Origin: an uncultured Johnsonella sp. | GTDB lineage: Bacteria; Bacillota; Clostridia; Lachnospirales; Lachnospiraceae | DNA: 64,000 nt | Reading direction: 5' to 3' | NCBI GenBank assembly: GCA_900766185.1 | Contig: CAAFUL010000085.1 | Location: forward strand, 65,465-129,464 | In this document: positions 19,077-28,193 of the stretch, in pieces | How the letters are laid out: every line of letters begins with the position of its first letter | How positions within the stretch are numbered: the stretch's first letter is position 1 | Position numbers and translations under genes: made by a program | The notes under the pieces: generated by a model | What the model saw: only the letters and a program-made list of their open reading frames with translations | Told to the model about the DNA's origin: nothing | Databases searched by the model: none

Positions 19077-20438
19077 ATGGCATTTGAAAGTTTAACTGAA
19101 AAACTGCAAAATGTGTTCAAGAATCTAAGAGGCAAGGGAAAGCTTAGCGAGGCGGATGTAAAGCTTGCATTAAAAGAAGTAAAGCTTGCCCTGCTTGAAG
19201 CGGATGTTAATTTCAAAGTAGTAAAAAAGTTTATAGCCGATGTGCAGGAAAGAGCTGTAGGCGCTGAGGTCATGAATTCACTTACACCTGCACAGCAGGT
19301 CGTAAAAATAGTAAATGAAGAACTTATTAAGCTTATAGGTGAAGATACCAAAGAGCTTGAGCTTAAGTCCGGTGATGCGGTCAATGTCATCATGATGATG
19401 GGATTGCAGGGAGCCGGTAAGACAACTACAGCGGCAAAACTTGCAGGAAAGTTAAAATCAAAGGGGTTCAGTCCGCTTTTGGTAGCCTGTGACATCTACA
19501 GACCGGCAGCTATAGACCAGCTTAAGATCAATGCCGAGAAACAAGCGGTGGCATTTTTCTCTATGGGAGATAACATATCTCCGGTGGATATAGCCAGGGC
19601 AAGTATAGAATTTGCAAAAAACAATCATCACAATGTGGTAATAATAGATACTGCGGGAAGACTTCATATAGATGAAAAACTTATGCAGGAGCTTGTTGCC
19701 ATAAAAGAAAATGTAAAGGTTGACTACAGCTTACTCGTAGTAGACGCCATGACGGGTCAGGATGCGGTAAATGTAGCGGAGAACTTTAACAGTCAGCTTA
19801 ACATAGACGGAGTAGTACTTACCAAACTTGACGGTGATACAAGAGGCGGTGCGGCACTTTCTATAAAGGCGGTTACCAAAAAACCTATACTTTATGCCGG
19901 AATGGGAGAAAAGCTCTCAGACCTTGAAGTTTTTCATCCTGACAGAATGGCAAGCAGGATTCTTGGTATGGGAGATATCCTAAGCCTTATAGAAAAGGTT
20001 GAAATGGATATAGATGCCGAAAAAGCCAAGGAAATGAGCCAAAAGTTCAAGAAGGCGGAGTTTGACTTTAATGACTTTCTTGACCAGATGAAACAACTTA
20101 AGAAGATGGGAGGCATTGCAAGTCTGATGAATATGCTTCCGGGCATGCAATCCATGAAAGGTGCTGCCAATGTAGATGATAGTCAGATGGCAAGGGTTGA
20201 GGCGATAATACTCAGTATGACCTTAAAAGAAAGAAGTAATCCCGATATACTTAATCCTTCAAGGAAGAATCGTATAGCCAAGGGAGCCGGAGTTGATATA
20301 GCCGAAGTAAACAGGATAGTTAAGCAATTCGACCAGATGAAGAAGATGATGAAACAATTCTCAGGTGCCATGAACCAAAGAGGCGCAAGAGGACTGGGAG
20401 GATTATTCGGCGGCGGAAAGAAAGGCTTTCCCTTTTAG
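19077..20438 (+). CDS. ffh: signal recognition particle protein Ffh
   Basis: N domain, G domain with GLQGAGKTTTAAKLA and DTAGR, and a methionine-rich M domain. Confidence 0.95.
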   Translation: MAFESLTEKLQNVFKNLRGKGKLSEADVKLALKEVKLALLEADVNFKVVKKFIADVQERAVGAEVMNSLTPAQQVVKIVNEELIKLIGEDTKELELKSGDAVNVIMMMGLQGAGKTTTAAKLAGKLKSKGFSPLLVACDIYRPAAIDQLKINAEKQAVAFFSMGDNISPVDIARASIEFAKNNHHNVVIIDTAGRLHIDEKLMQELVAIKENVKVDYSLLVVDAMTGQDAVNVAENFNSQLNIDGVVLTKLDGDTRGGAALSIKAVTKKPILYAGMGEKLSDLEVFHPDRMASRILGMGDILSLIEKVEMDIDAEKAKEMSQKFKKAEFDFNDFLDQMKQLKKMGGIASLMNMLPGMQSMKGAANVDDSQMARVEAIILSMTLKERSNPDILNPSRKNRIAKGAGVDIAEVNRIVKQFDQMKKMMKQFSGAMNQRGARGLGGLFGGGKKGFPF

Positions 20439-20524
20439 TAAGTATGTAGGTTTGTAATTGTTAATTCACGAGAATTAAAATAAATTCTTAATTATAATAT
20501 AAAGAAAATTTAGGAGGCTGTATT

Positions 20525-20767
20525 ATGGCAGTAAAGATGAGATTAAAAAGATTAGGACAAAAGAAAGTACCTTTCTATAGAATAGTTGTTGCGGATGCAA
20601 GAGCTCCGAGAGACGGAAGATTTATAGAAGAGCTTGGCTACTATGATCCTACTAAGAAACCAAGTGTTATAAAGTTTGATGAGGAGTCAGCTAAGAAGTG
20701 GTTAAGTAACGGTGCACAGCCTACAGACAGAGTTGCAAAGTTATTGAAGATTGCAGGCATAAGATAA
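20525..20767 (+). CDS. rpsP: 30S ribosomal protein S16
   Basis: [35 protein letters not shown] is the consensus S16 N-terminus. Confidence 0.9.
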   Translation: MAVKMRLKRLGQKKVPFYRIVVADARAPRDGRFIEELGYYDPTKKPSVIKFDEESAKKWLSNGAQPTDRVAKLLKIAGIR

Positions 20768-20781
20768 GAAGAGGGCAGTAG

Positions 20782-21009
20782 ATGAAAGAAATAGTAGAGT
20801 TAATTGCTAAAGCATTGGTAGACAAACCTGAGGAAGTGGTTTTAACCGAAACTATAAGAGAGGATTCCATACTTATAGAACTTAGTGTTGCTGAGTCTGA
20901 TATGGGTAAGATCATTGGAAGATCCGGCAAGATAGCTAAAGCTATTCGCTCTATAGTAAAGGCTGCCACATCTAAAAGTGATAAGAAGGTTATATTAGAA
21001 ATAAGATAG
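20782..21009 (+). CDS. KH-domain RNA-binding protein (YlqC-like)
   Basis: 75 aa with the KH motif IGRSGKIAKAIRSIV. Conserved position between rpsP and rimM. Confidence 0.75.
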   Translation: MKEIVELIAKALVDKPEEVVLTETIREDSILIELSVAESDMGKIIGRSGKIAKAIRSIVKAATSKSDKKVILEIR

Positions 21010-21088
21010 TAGATAGACTGTTGCAAGATTATAGAGTTTTGCAGCAGCCTTTTTGCTTTAATATCGTAAATTAAAGAAAGAAGTTAAT

Positions 21089-21625
21089 ATGACAGATAAG
21101 TTAAGAGTAGGTGTTATTACCAAAACACACGGTTTAAGAGGTGAGGTAAAGTTATATCCTACTACCGATGATACAGAAAAATTTTCATATATAAAAGAAT
21201 TTTATTTGGATAATAAGGGTATATATACCAAGTTAAAGTTAAGCTATGCTAAAGAGATGAAAAATATGTTCATCTGTAAATTTGAGGATATAGACAGTAT
21301 AGAGGCGGCGGAAAAGATAGTTAAAAAAGACCTTTATATAGACAGGAAAGATGCCAAGGAGCTTAAAGAGGGAGAAAACTATATATCAGACCTTATAGAC
21401 TTAAAAGTTATAAGCGATACCTTAGGTTTTATAGGCTATGTAAAGGATGTATTTCCTACCGGTGCCAATCATGTTATGGAAATAAGCCTAAATGAAGATA
21501 TAAAGACAAATGAGAAATCAAAAGATACTTTGCTGCTTCCGTATATAAAGCAATGTATTTTAGATGTTGATCTTGAGAGTAAAGAAGTCCTCGTTCATAT
21601 TTTAGATGGACTGCTTGATATATAG
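21089..21625 (+). CDS. rimM: ribosome maturation factor RimM
   Basis: VGVITKTHGLRGEVKLYPTTDD N-terminus and a PRC-barrel C-terminal domain. Confidence 0.85.
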   Translation: MTDKLRVGVITKTHGLRGEVKLYPTTDDTEKFSYIKEFYLDNKGIYTKLKLSYAKEMKNMFICKFEDIDSIEAAEKIVKKDLYIDRKDAKELKEGENYISDLIDLKVISDTLGFIGYVKDVFPTGANHVMEISLNEDIKTNEKSKDTLLLPYIKQCILDVDLESKEVLVHILDGLLDI

Positions 21626-21634
21626 GGGGAAGAT

Positions 21635-22381
21635 ATGCATTATTATGTAATAACTTTATTTCCCGAAATGATAGAGTATATCATGGCTCAAAGCATTATA
21701 GGAAGAGCCTTGTCTGATGAACTTATAAAACTTAAAATCATAAATATAAGAGATTATGCAAAAAACAGATACAGACAGGTAGATGATTATCCTTACGGGG
21801 GAGGCGCAGGTATGCTTATGCAGGCAGATCCCATATACTCCGCCTATAAGGATATTTGCAAGGGCTTGGAAAAAAAGCCCAGACTTATATACACCACACC
21901 TCAGGGAAGGCTTTTTAATCAGGATTTGGCAAAGGAGCTTGCAAAAGAAGAAGAGTTAATTTTTTTATGCGGGCATTATGAGGGGGTTGATGAGAGAGTT
22001 TTGGAGCTTACCGATGCGGAAAGCATCTCAATAGGAGACTATGTGCTTACCGGTGGGGAACTTCCGAGTGTGGTTATGATGGATGCCATAAGCCGTATGA
22101 TCAAGGGGGTTCTCAGTAATGAAGACAGTGCAGAGTTTGAGTCCTTTGAAGATGGATTGCTGGAATATCCGCAGTATACAAGACCGAGCCTATATGAGGG
22201 AATGGAAGTTCCGGAAATCTTACTTAGCGGACATCATAAGAATATAGAAGAGTGGAAAAGAAAAGAAGCGCTAAGGCGTACCTTTGAGCGAAGACCGGAT
22301 CTTTTGGATACGAAATTTTTAAGTGCAAAGGACTTAAGCTTTTTACAAAGCCTCGGATACTCAAAGGATTTAAAGCAGTAA
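21635..22381 (+). CDS. trmD: tRNA (guanine37-N1)-methyltransferase TrmD
   Basis: SPOUT-fold motifs (ITLFPEM, DDYPYGGGAGMLM, GHYEGVDERV). Follows rimM. Confidence 0.9.
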   Translation: MHYYVITLFPEMIEYIMAQSIIGRALSDELIKLKIINIRDYAKNRYRQVDDYPYGGGAGMLMQADPIYSAYKDICKGLEKKPRLIYTTPQGRLFNQDLAKELAKEEELIFLCGHYEGVDERVLELTDAESISIGDYVLTGGELPSVVMMDAISRMIKGVLSNEDSAEFESFEDGLLEYPQYTRPSLYEGMEVPEILLSGHHKNIEEWKRKEALRRTFERRPDLLDTKFLSAKDLSFLQSLGYSKDLKQ

Positions 22382-22495
22382 GGTGAGCCTTTCGCATTTC
22401 CTAGTAAAATAGTATGAAATGTATTGCAATTAATTTAGATACAGAATATAATCAAGTGTATACAATTAAAGTGATAAAAATTTGGAGGAATTTCG

Positions 22496-23260
22496 ATGTC
22501 AGAAGAAATATTAAAGGTAGAAGACTTAAATGTGAATATTGAAGAAAAGTCAATACTGCACAATGTAAGTTTAAGTATAAATAAAGGTGAAACACATGTA
22601 ATCATGGGACCTAACGGTGCCGGTAAATCTACACTGGGACACTCTATAATGGGTAATCCCAAGTTTGAGATAATAAGCGGAAAAATAGTATTCAAGGGTG
22701 AAGATATCACAGAGGAGTCGGTTGATAAGAGAGCTTTATCTGGACTTTATCTGTCTTTTCAAAATCCTTTGGAAGTTCCGGGAATATCCTTAAGCAATTT
22801 CATAAAACTTGCCGTAGAACAAAAAACCGGTGAAAGACTTAAGCTGCTTTCATTCAGAAAAGGTATGGATAAGACCTTGAATGCTCTCAGTATGGATGCA
22901 TCCTATGCAAACAGAGACTTAAATGTAGGATTTTCAGGTGGAGAAAAGAAAAAGTCAGAGATTTGTCAGTTGATGGAGTTAAAGCCGGAGCTTGCCATAC
23001 TTGATGAGGCTGACTCAGGGCTTGATGTGGATGCTTCCCGTATAGTTTCGGATGCGGTAAGAGAGTATAAGGATAAGAATAACGGTACTTTACTTATTAT
23101 TACTCACAGCACACGCATACTGCAATCTCTTGAAGTTGACAAGGTACATATAATGGTTGGCGGCAGAATAGTTGACAGCGGTGATGCTTCTATGATAGAG
23201 AAGATCAATAACGAAGGATTTGAAAGTTATACTTCTGAAACTGTGGAGGACAAGGCATAA
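22496..23260 (+). CDS. sufC: Fe-S cluster assembly ATPase SufC
   Basis: ABC ATPase with Walker A GPNGAGKST, signature FSGGEKKK and the D-loop. Confidence 0.9.
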   Translation: MSEEILKVEDLNVNIEEKSILHNVSLSINKGETHVIMGPNGAGKSTLGHSIMGNPKFEIISGKIVFKGEDITEESVDKRALSGLYLSFQNPLEVPGISLSNFIKLAVEQKTGERLKLLSFRKGMDKTLNALSMDASYANRDLNVGFSGGEKKKSEICQLMELKPELAILDEADSGLDVDASRIVSDAVREYKDKNNGTLLIITHSTRILQSLEVDKVHIMVGGRIVDSGDASMIEKINNEGFESYTSETVEDKA

Positions 23261-24666
23261 TGAAAGAAAAAACATATGTTGAAGACATAGACAGGAGTAT
23301 GTATGAGATCCACTCTGATTCTAAAGATTATTTTAGGATAGAGGGCGGACTTAATGAAGATGTGATCAGGCAGATCTCAAAGGAAAAAAACGATCCCGAG
23401 TGGATGCTTAACTTTCGTCTGCGTGCATTAAAGACCTATAATGAGCTTCAGATACCTGATTGGGGTCCTTCTATAGATGAGCTTAATGTAGATAATATCA
23501 TTACCTATATCCGTGCCAATACCGGTATGAAGGGAGACTGGTCTGAAGTACCTCAAGATATTAAGGATACATTTGACAGACTTGGTATACCTGAGGCTGA
23601 GAAAACTTCGCTTGCAGGTGTGGGAGCGCAGTTTGACTCAGAGCTTGTATACCACAATATTCGTAAGGAGATTGCAGCACAGGGAGTTATATACTCCGAT
23701 GTGGAAAGTGCTTTGCATGGCGAGTATGGTGATATGATAAGAGAGCATTTTATGAAGCTTGTTACTCCGAGGGATCATAAGTTTGCGGCTTTGCACGGTG
23801 CAGTATGGTCAGGAGGTTCATTTGTATATGTGCCTAAGGGAGTAAAGCTTGATATACCCTTACAGTCATATTTCAGACTTAATTCCCCGGGAGCCGGTCA
23901 GTTTGAGCATACACTTATTATAGTGGAAGAAGATGCTTATCTTCACTTTATAGAGGGGTGCTCCGCTCCGAAGTACAGTGTAGCCAACCTTCATGCGGGT
24001 TGCGTTGAGATATTTATAAGAAAGAATGCCAAGGTAAGATATTCGACCATAGAAAACTGGTCTAAGAATATGTATAACCTCAATACCAAAAGAGCCATAG
24101 TTGAAGAAGGCGGCTCTATAGAGTGGGTATCGGGTTCATTCGGTTCGAGAGTATCCTACCTCTACCCTATGAGCATACTTAACGGTGAGGGGGCAAGGGC
24201 TGAGTTTAACGGAGTTACATTTGCCGGTGCGGGTCAAGACCTTGATACAGGCGCTAAGATAGTACATAACGCTCCTAACACGACTTCATATATTAATTCA
24301 CGCTCCATATCAAAGGGAGGCGGAAAGAATACTTACAGAAGCTCAATATATATATCCGAAAAAGCGAAGAACTCAAAATCTGCAGTAACCTGCGAGTCTT
24401 TAATGCTTGATAATATATCTACCTCCGATACCATACCGGTTATGGATGTTCGTACAAAGGATGCAGATGTAGGGCATGAGGCAAGTATAGGAAGAATCAG
24501 TGATGAGTCGATTTTTTATCTTATGTCAAGAGGTTTTTCGGAAGAAGATGCCAAGGCTATGATAGTAAGCGGATTTGCTGACAATATATCCAAGGAACTT
24601 CCTTTGGAATATGCCGTAGAGATGAATAATCTTATCAGACTTGAGATGATAGGAAGTATAGGTTAG
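23260..24666 (+). CDS. sufB: Fe-S cluster assembly protein SufB
   Basis: 468 aa. The SufB-specific N-terminal region (NEDVIRQISKEKNDPEWMLNFRLRALKTY) and the C-terminal beta-helix. Confidence 0.85.
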   Translation: MKEKTYVEDIDRSMYEIHSDSKDYFRIEGGLNEDVIRQISKEKNDPEWMLNFRLRALKTYNELQIPDWGPSIDELNVDNIITYIRANTGMKGDWSEVPQDIKDTFDRLGIPEAEKTSLAGVGAQFDSELVYHNIRKEIAAQGVIYSDVESALHGEYGDMIREHFMKLVTPRDHKFAALHGAVWSGGSFVYVPKGVKLDIPLQSYFRLNSPGAGQFEHTLIIVEEDAYLHFIEGCSAPKYSVANLHAGCVEIFIRKNAKVRYSTIENWSKNMYNLNTKRAIVEEGGSIEWVSGSFGSRVSYLYPMSILNGEGARAEFNGVTFAGAGQDLDTGAKIVHNAPNTTSYINSRSISKGGGKNTYRSSIYISEKAKNSKSAVTCESLMLDNISTSDTIPVMDVRTKDADVGHEASIGRISDESIFYLMSRGFSEEDAKAMIVSGFADNISKELPLEYAVEMNNLIRLEMIGSIG

Positions 24667-24675
24667 GAGGAGAAG

Positions 24676-25722
24676 ATGAGTATGATAATAAATAAATTAC
24701 CCTCCATAACATGGAATAGGTTAAAGGTAAATTCAACAAGTGTAGATATAAATATTGAAAAAGGCGGAAAGTTTATAAGCGAAGTTCCTTCCGACATAAG
24801 CTTAAAAGTAAGTGAGGAAGTGTCCGATAAATCTTTAGAAAACGGAATGGGAGCTGCATTTAACGATTATATTACTTCTTTGAAACTGCCGGTACATAGC
24901 TTTTTCGTAGCTGAGAAAAGTGTTGTAGAAGAACCGCTAAGACTTAAGTTCGCTTATGATGAGGCTTCCAATGTAGGTAATATTATAGAGCTTCATATGG
25001 CAAAAGACTCACAGGCTACAGTTATTATGGACTACAGTGCCGTAAAAGACCTTGACAGCGTAGCGGCGGTGCAGACCAGAGTACATCTTGAGGACAATGC
25101 AAAGCTTACACTTATTCAGATACAGCTTATAGATAAAGAACTTACTTTCTTTAATGATATAGCGGCAAATTGTGCCAAGAGTGCGGAGTTTGAACTTACA
25201 CAGATAATTATAGGTGATAAGGCAACTTATCAGGGCAGTAAGGTGCTTTTAGCCGGGGATGATTCGGTTGTACAGGCAAATGTGGCTTATCTGGTAAGGG
25301 ATAACGATAAGCTGGACATGAACTATATTGCGGTTCATGAAGGAAAGCTTACAACCAGCAGGCTTTATACAAGAGGAGTGCTAAGAGATAAGGCAGAAAA
25401 GACATTTAGAGGAACTATAGACATAAAACTCGGGGCGGCTAATGCTTCAGGACAGGAGAGTGAGACCGTACTTTTGATAGATGAAGGAGTTGTTAATAAA
25501 ACTATTCCTGTCATACTTTGTGCCGAAGAGGATGTTGAGGGAGCACACGGTGCAACAATAGGAAGACTGGATGAAGAGCTTATGTTTTATATGAAAGCCA
25601 GAGGTTTTTCGGAAAAGGCAATATATGAGCTTATGGCAAGGGCAAGAATAGAAGAAGTTTGTAATTTTATAGAGGACGAGGCAACAAGAAAATTAGTTGA
25701 AGATTTTATGGGAGGTGAGTAG
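24676..25722 (+). CDS. sufD: Fe-S cluster assembly protein SufD
   Basis: 348 aa SufB/SufD-family beta-helix protein lacking the SufB N-terminal extension. Confidence 0.7.
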   Translation: MSMIINKLPSITWNRLKVNSTSVDINIEKGGKFISEVPSDISLKVSEEVSDKSLENGMGAAFNDYITSLKLPVHSFFVAEKSVVEEPLRLKFAYDEASNVGNIIELHMAKDSQATVIMDYSAVKDLDSVAAVQTRVHLEDNAKLTLIQIQLIDKELTFFNDIAANCAKSAEFELTQIIIGDKATYQGSKVLLAGDDSVVQANVAYLVRDNDKLDMNYIAVHEGKLTTSRLYTRGVLRDKAEKTFRGTIDIKLGAANASGQESETVLLIDEGVVNKTIPVILCAEEDVEGAHGATIGRLDEELMFYMKARGFSEKAIYELMARARIEEVCNFIEDEATRKLVEDFMGGE

Positions 25723-26949
25723 ATGTCAGGGTTTGATATTGGAAGAGTCAGAAAAGATTTCCCATTACTTTGTTCAAGTTCCTTAGCCTATCTTGATAAT
25801 GCCGCAACTTCACAAAAACCTGAAGTTGTGCTTAAGGCTATAGAGGACTATTACAAAAATAAAAATGCCAATCCTATGAGGGGGCTTTATGAGCTTAGTG
25901 TAGCTTCAACCACTGCCTATGAGTCTGCAAGAGAGACTGTAGCAGGGTTTATCAATGCTTCACAAAACGAGGGGATAGTATTTACAAGAAATGCCAGTGA
26001 AAGTCTTAATTTAATAGCCTATAGTTACGGAATGAACTTTTTAACAAAGGAAGACGAGGTACTTGTTGCCATTACGGAACATCACAGTAACCTGCTTCCT
26101 TGGCAAAATGTTTGCAGACATACCGGTGCAAGTCTTAAGTTTTTAGACTGCGATGCTACAGGCTTTATAAGTGAAGAAATTATAGATGCGGCTATAAATA
26201 AAAATACAAAATTAGTTGCTCTGACCCATGTATCCAATGTACTCGGTAGGGAGAACCCTATAAGCTATGTAGTTAAAAAGGCTCATGAAGTCGGTGCAAA
26301 AGTAGTACTTGATGCGGCTCAAAGTGTAGCTCACATGTCTGTGGATGTAAGAGCTTTGGATGTGGACTTTTTGGTATTTTCAGGGCATAAGATGCTTGCT
26401 CCTATGGGAATAGGTGCTCTGTATGCAAAGCTTGACTTACTTAATTCGATGCCTCCGTTTTTATATGGCGGCGAGATGATAGAGACGGTAACAAGATATG
26501 ATGCGGTATATGCACAAGTTCCTCATAAATTCGAAGCCGGTACGGTAAATGCCGGTGGGGCGGTAGGACTTGAAGCGGCTATTAAGTATATAAAAGAGCT
26601 CGGATTTGATGCTATAAAAGAAAGAGAAGAGGCTCTTACAAAATTGGCTTTTGATGAACTTGCAGCTTATGATAAGGTGCACATACTGGGTTCTGCAGAT
26701 TATAAAGAACATCATGGAATTATCGCTTTTTCGATAGATGATGTGCATCCCCATGACATAGCACAGATTTTAAGTACGGATGATATAGCTGTAAGAGCCG
26801 GTCATCACTGTGCACAGCCTTTGCTTAAGCACCTGGGATTTATGAGTACTGCAAGAGCAAGTTTAGCTTTTTATAATACTGAAGAAGAAGTAAGAAGATT
26901 TACCGATTCTCTTAAATCAATCAGAAGGAGAATGGGCTATGCAGAGTAA
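25723..26949 (+). CDS. sufS: cysteine desulfurase SufS (group II)
   Basis: PLP-dependent class V aminotransferase with motifs SGHKMLAPMGIGALY and RAGHHCAQP. Confidence 0.9.
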   Translation: MSGFDIGRVRKDFPLLCSSSLAYLDNAATSQKPEVVLKAIEDYYKNKNANPMRGLYELSVASTTAYESARETVAGFINASQNEGIVFTRNASESLNLIAYSYGMNFLTKEDEVLVAITEHHSNLLPWQNVCRHTGASLKFLDCDATGFISEEIIDAAINKNTKLVALTHVSNVLGRENPISYVVKKAHEVGAKVVLDAAQSVAHMSVDVRALDVDFLVFSGHKMLAPMGIGALYAKLDLLNSMPPFLYGGEMIETVTRYDAVYAQVPHKFEAGTVNAGGAVGLEAAIKYIKELGFDAIKEREEALTKLAFDELAAYDKVHILGSADYKEHHGIIAFSIDDVHPHDIAQILSTDDIAVRAGHHCAQPLLKHLGFMSTARASLAFYNTEEEVRRFTDSLKSIRRRMGYAE

Positions 26950-27370
26950 CAGTTATTATAATGAGGTTTTAACCGAGCATAATATGCGCCCTTTACATAA
27001 GCACAAACTGCCGGATGCAAGTTTTAGTTTGGAGGGAATTAATCCAAGTTGCGGTGATGATATAATACTTAATCTTAAGGTTGAAGACGGTATTATCACC
27101 GGAGGCTCTTTTGAAGGCAGCGGTTGTGCCATATCTCAGGCATCGGCAGATATAATGCTTGATCTTGTTATAGGAAAAAGCAAAGAAGAAGCATTGCGCC
27201 TTGGAGAGTTGTTTTTTAATATGATCAAGGGAAATATAAGTGAAGAAGAACTTGAGGAGCTTGACGAGGCAAGTTTATTACAGGATATTTCCCATATGCC
27301 GGCAAGAGTAAAATGTGCTGTGCTTGCTTGGCATACTATGAAGCAAATATTTGAAGAAAACCCGAGTTAG
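26939..27370 (+). CDS. sufU: SUF-system NifU-family Fe-S scaffold/sulfur acceptor SufU
   Basis: 143 aa with NPSCGDD, GSGCAISQASA and the C-terminal HMPARVKCA motif. Confidence 0.8.
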   Translation: MQSNSYYNEVLTEHNMRPLHKHKLPDASFSLEGINPSCGDDIILNLKVEDGIITGGSFEGSGCAISQASADIMLDLVIGKSKEEALRLGELFFNMIKGNISEEELEELDEASLLQDISHMPARVKCAVLAWHTMKQIFEENPS

Positions 27371-27467
27371 AGACTTTTTTATAAAAATCTTGCTTTAATA
27401 TACATAAATAATATATAATCATTTGGAAAGCATATTTGATATTAGAGAGAGCCAAAGAGGTGAGTAT

Positions 27468-27875
27468 ATGAAAAAGGAAGAAAAAACAATAAGTATGGAA
27501 GAAAAGAAAGAAACCAAGGCTGCTAAGAAAAGTACTGCTGAAAATAAAAGTGCTGCTAAAAAAAGCACTAAAGCTAAGACCGGCGAAGTGGCTGATGTAA
27601 AGCTTGCTGCGGCAGAAAGTGAAGAAAAAAAGCCTGCTGCTAAAAAGGCGACTGCCAAAAAAGCGGAAGTAGAGCCTAAAGTATCTGCAGTTGTGGAGTA
27701 TGAAGGCAGATCAGTACTTATAAAAAATATTGTAGCCAAAGCAATCAAGGCTTATAAAAAGGCTAATAAGGGCGTAGTTATAAAGAAAGTCGATATTTAT
27801 ATAAAACCTGAGGAAAATGCTGCTTATTATGTTATAAATGGAGATTCCTCACCCTCTTATAAAGTAGAATTATAA
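27468..27875 (+). CDS. hypothetical protein with a lysine/alanine-rich histone-H1-like N-terminus and a conserved C-terminal ~60-aa domain
   Basis: Start taken at ATG 27468 (RBS agaggtgag). Low-complexity AAKKSTA repeats, then VVEYEGRSVLIKNIVAKAIKAYKK... Confidence 0.4.
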   Translation: MKKEEKTISMEEKKETKAAKKSTAENKSAAKKSTKAKTGEVADVKLAAAESEEKKPAAKKATAKKAEVEPKVSAVVEYEGRSVLIKNIVAKAIKAYKKANKGVVIKKVDIYIKPEENAAYYVINGDSSPSYKVEL

Positions 27876-28193
27876 AAATGAGCGGGCTGTTTCAGCAATA
27901 TTTATATGTTAAGTTATATATAAATGCTGTAACAGCCTCTTTGGCGGTTATAGTCAAGGTAAGTAGATATATATGCATAATATAAATGTAGTATTATCAT
28001 TAAGCGAAATATTATTTATATATATCTATCTGAACAGTATCGGCATTTGTAAGCAAAGAAATGCAAATGACTTACCTAAACTTAAACCTTTACTGTATTA
28101 ACTTTTTATAAACTTTACAATTAAGATTGAAGTTATAGTAGTATAGTGATACACTTGTATAGTTATGGATTAGAAAATGACAGGAGAGTATGC

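Noticed and set aside
19052-20371. Minus-strand ORFs antisense to ffh (147 aa, 69 aa, 78 aa, 62 aa)
   Set aside because: They are embedded opposite a highly conserved gene. Their Ser/Ala/Leu-rich composition comes from reverse reading of GAA/AAG-rich codons, and there are no start-site signals.
22382-22495. rplS (ribosomal protein L19), expected after trmD
   Set aside because: The gap is only 114 nt and has no ORF; the next gene is sufC. The gene is not present here.
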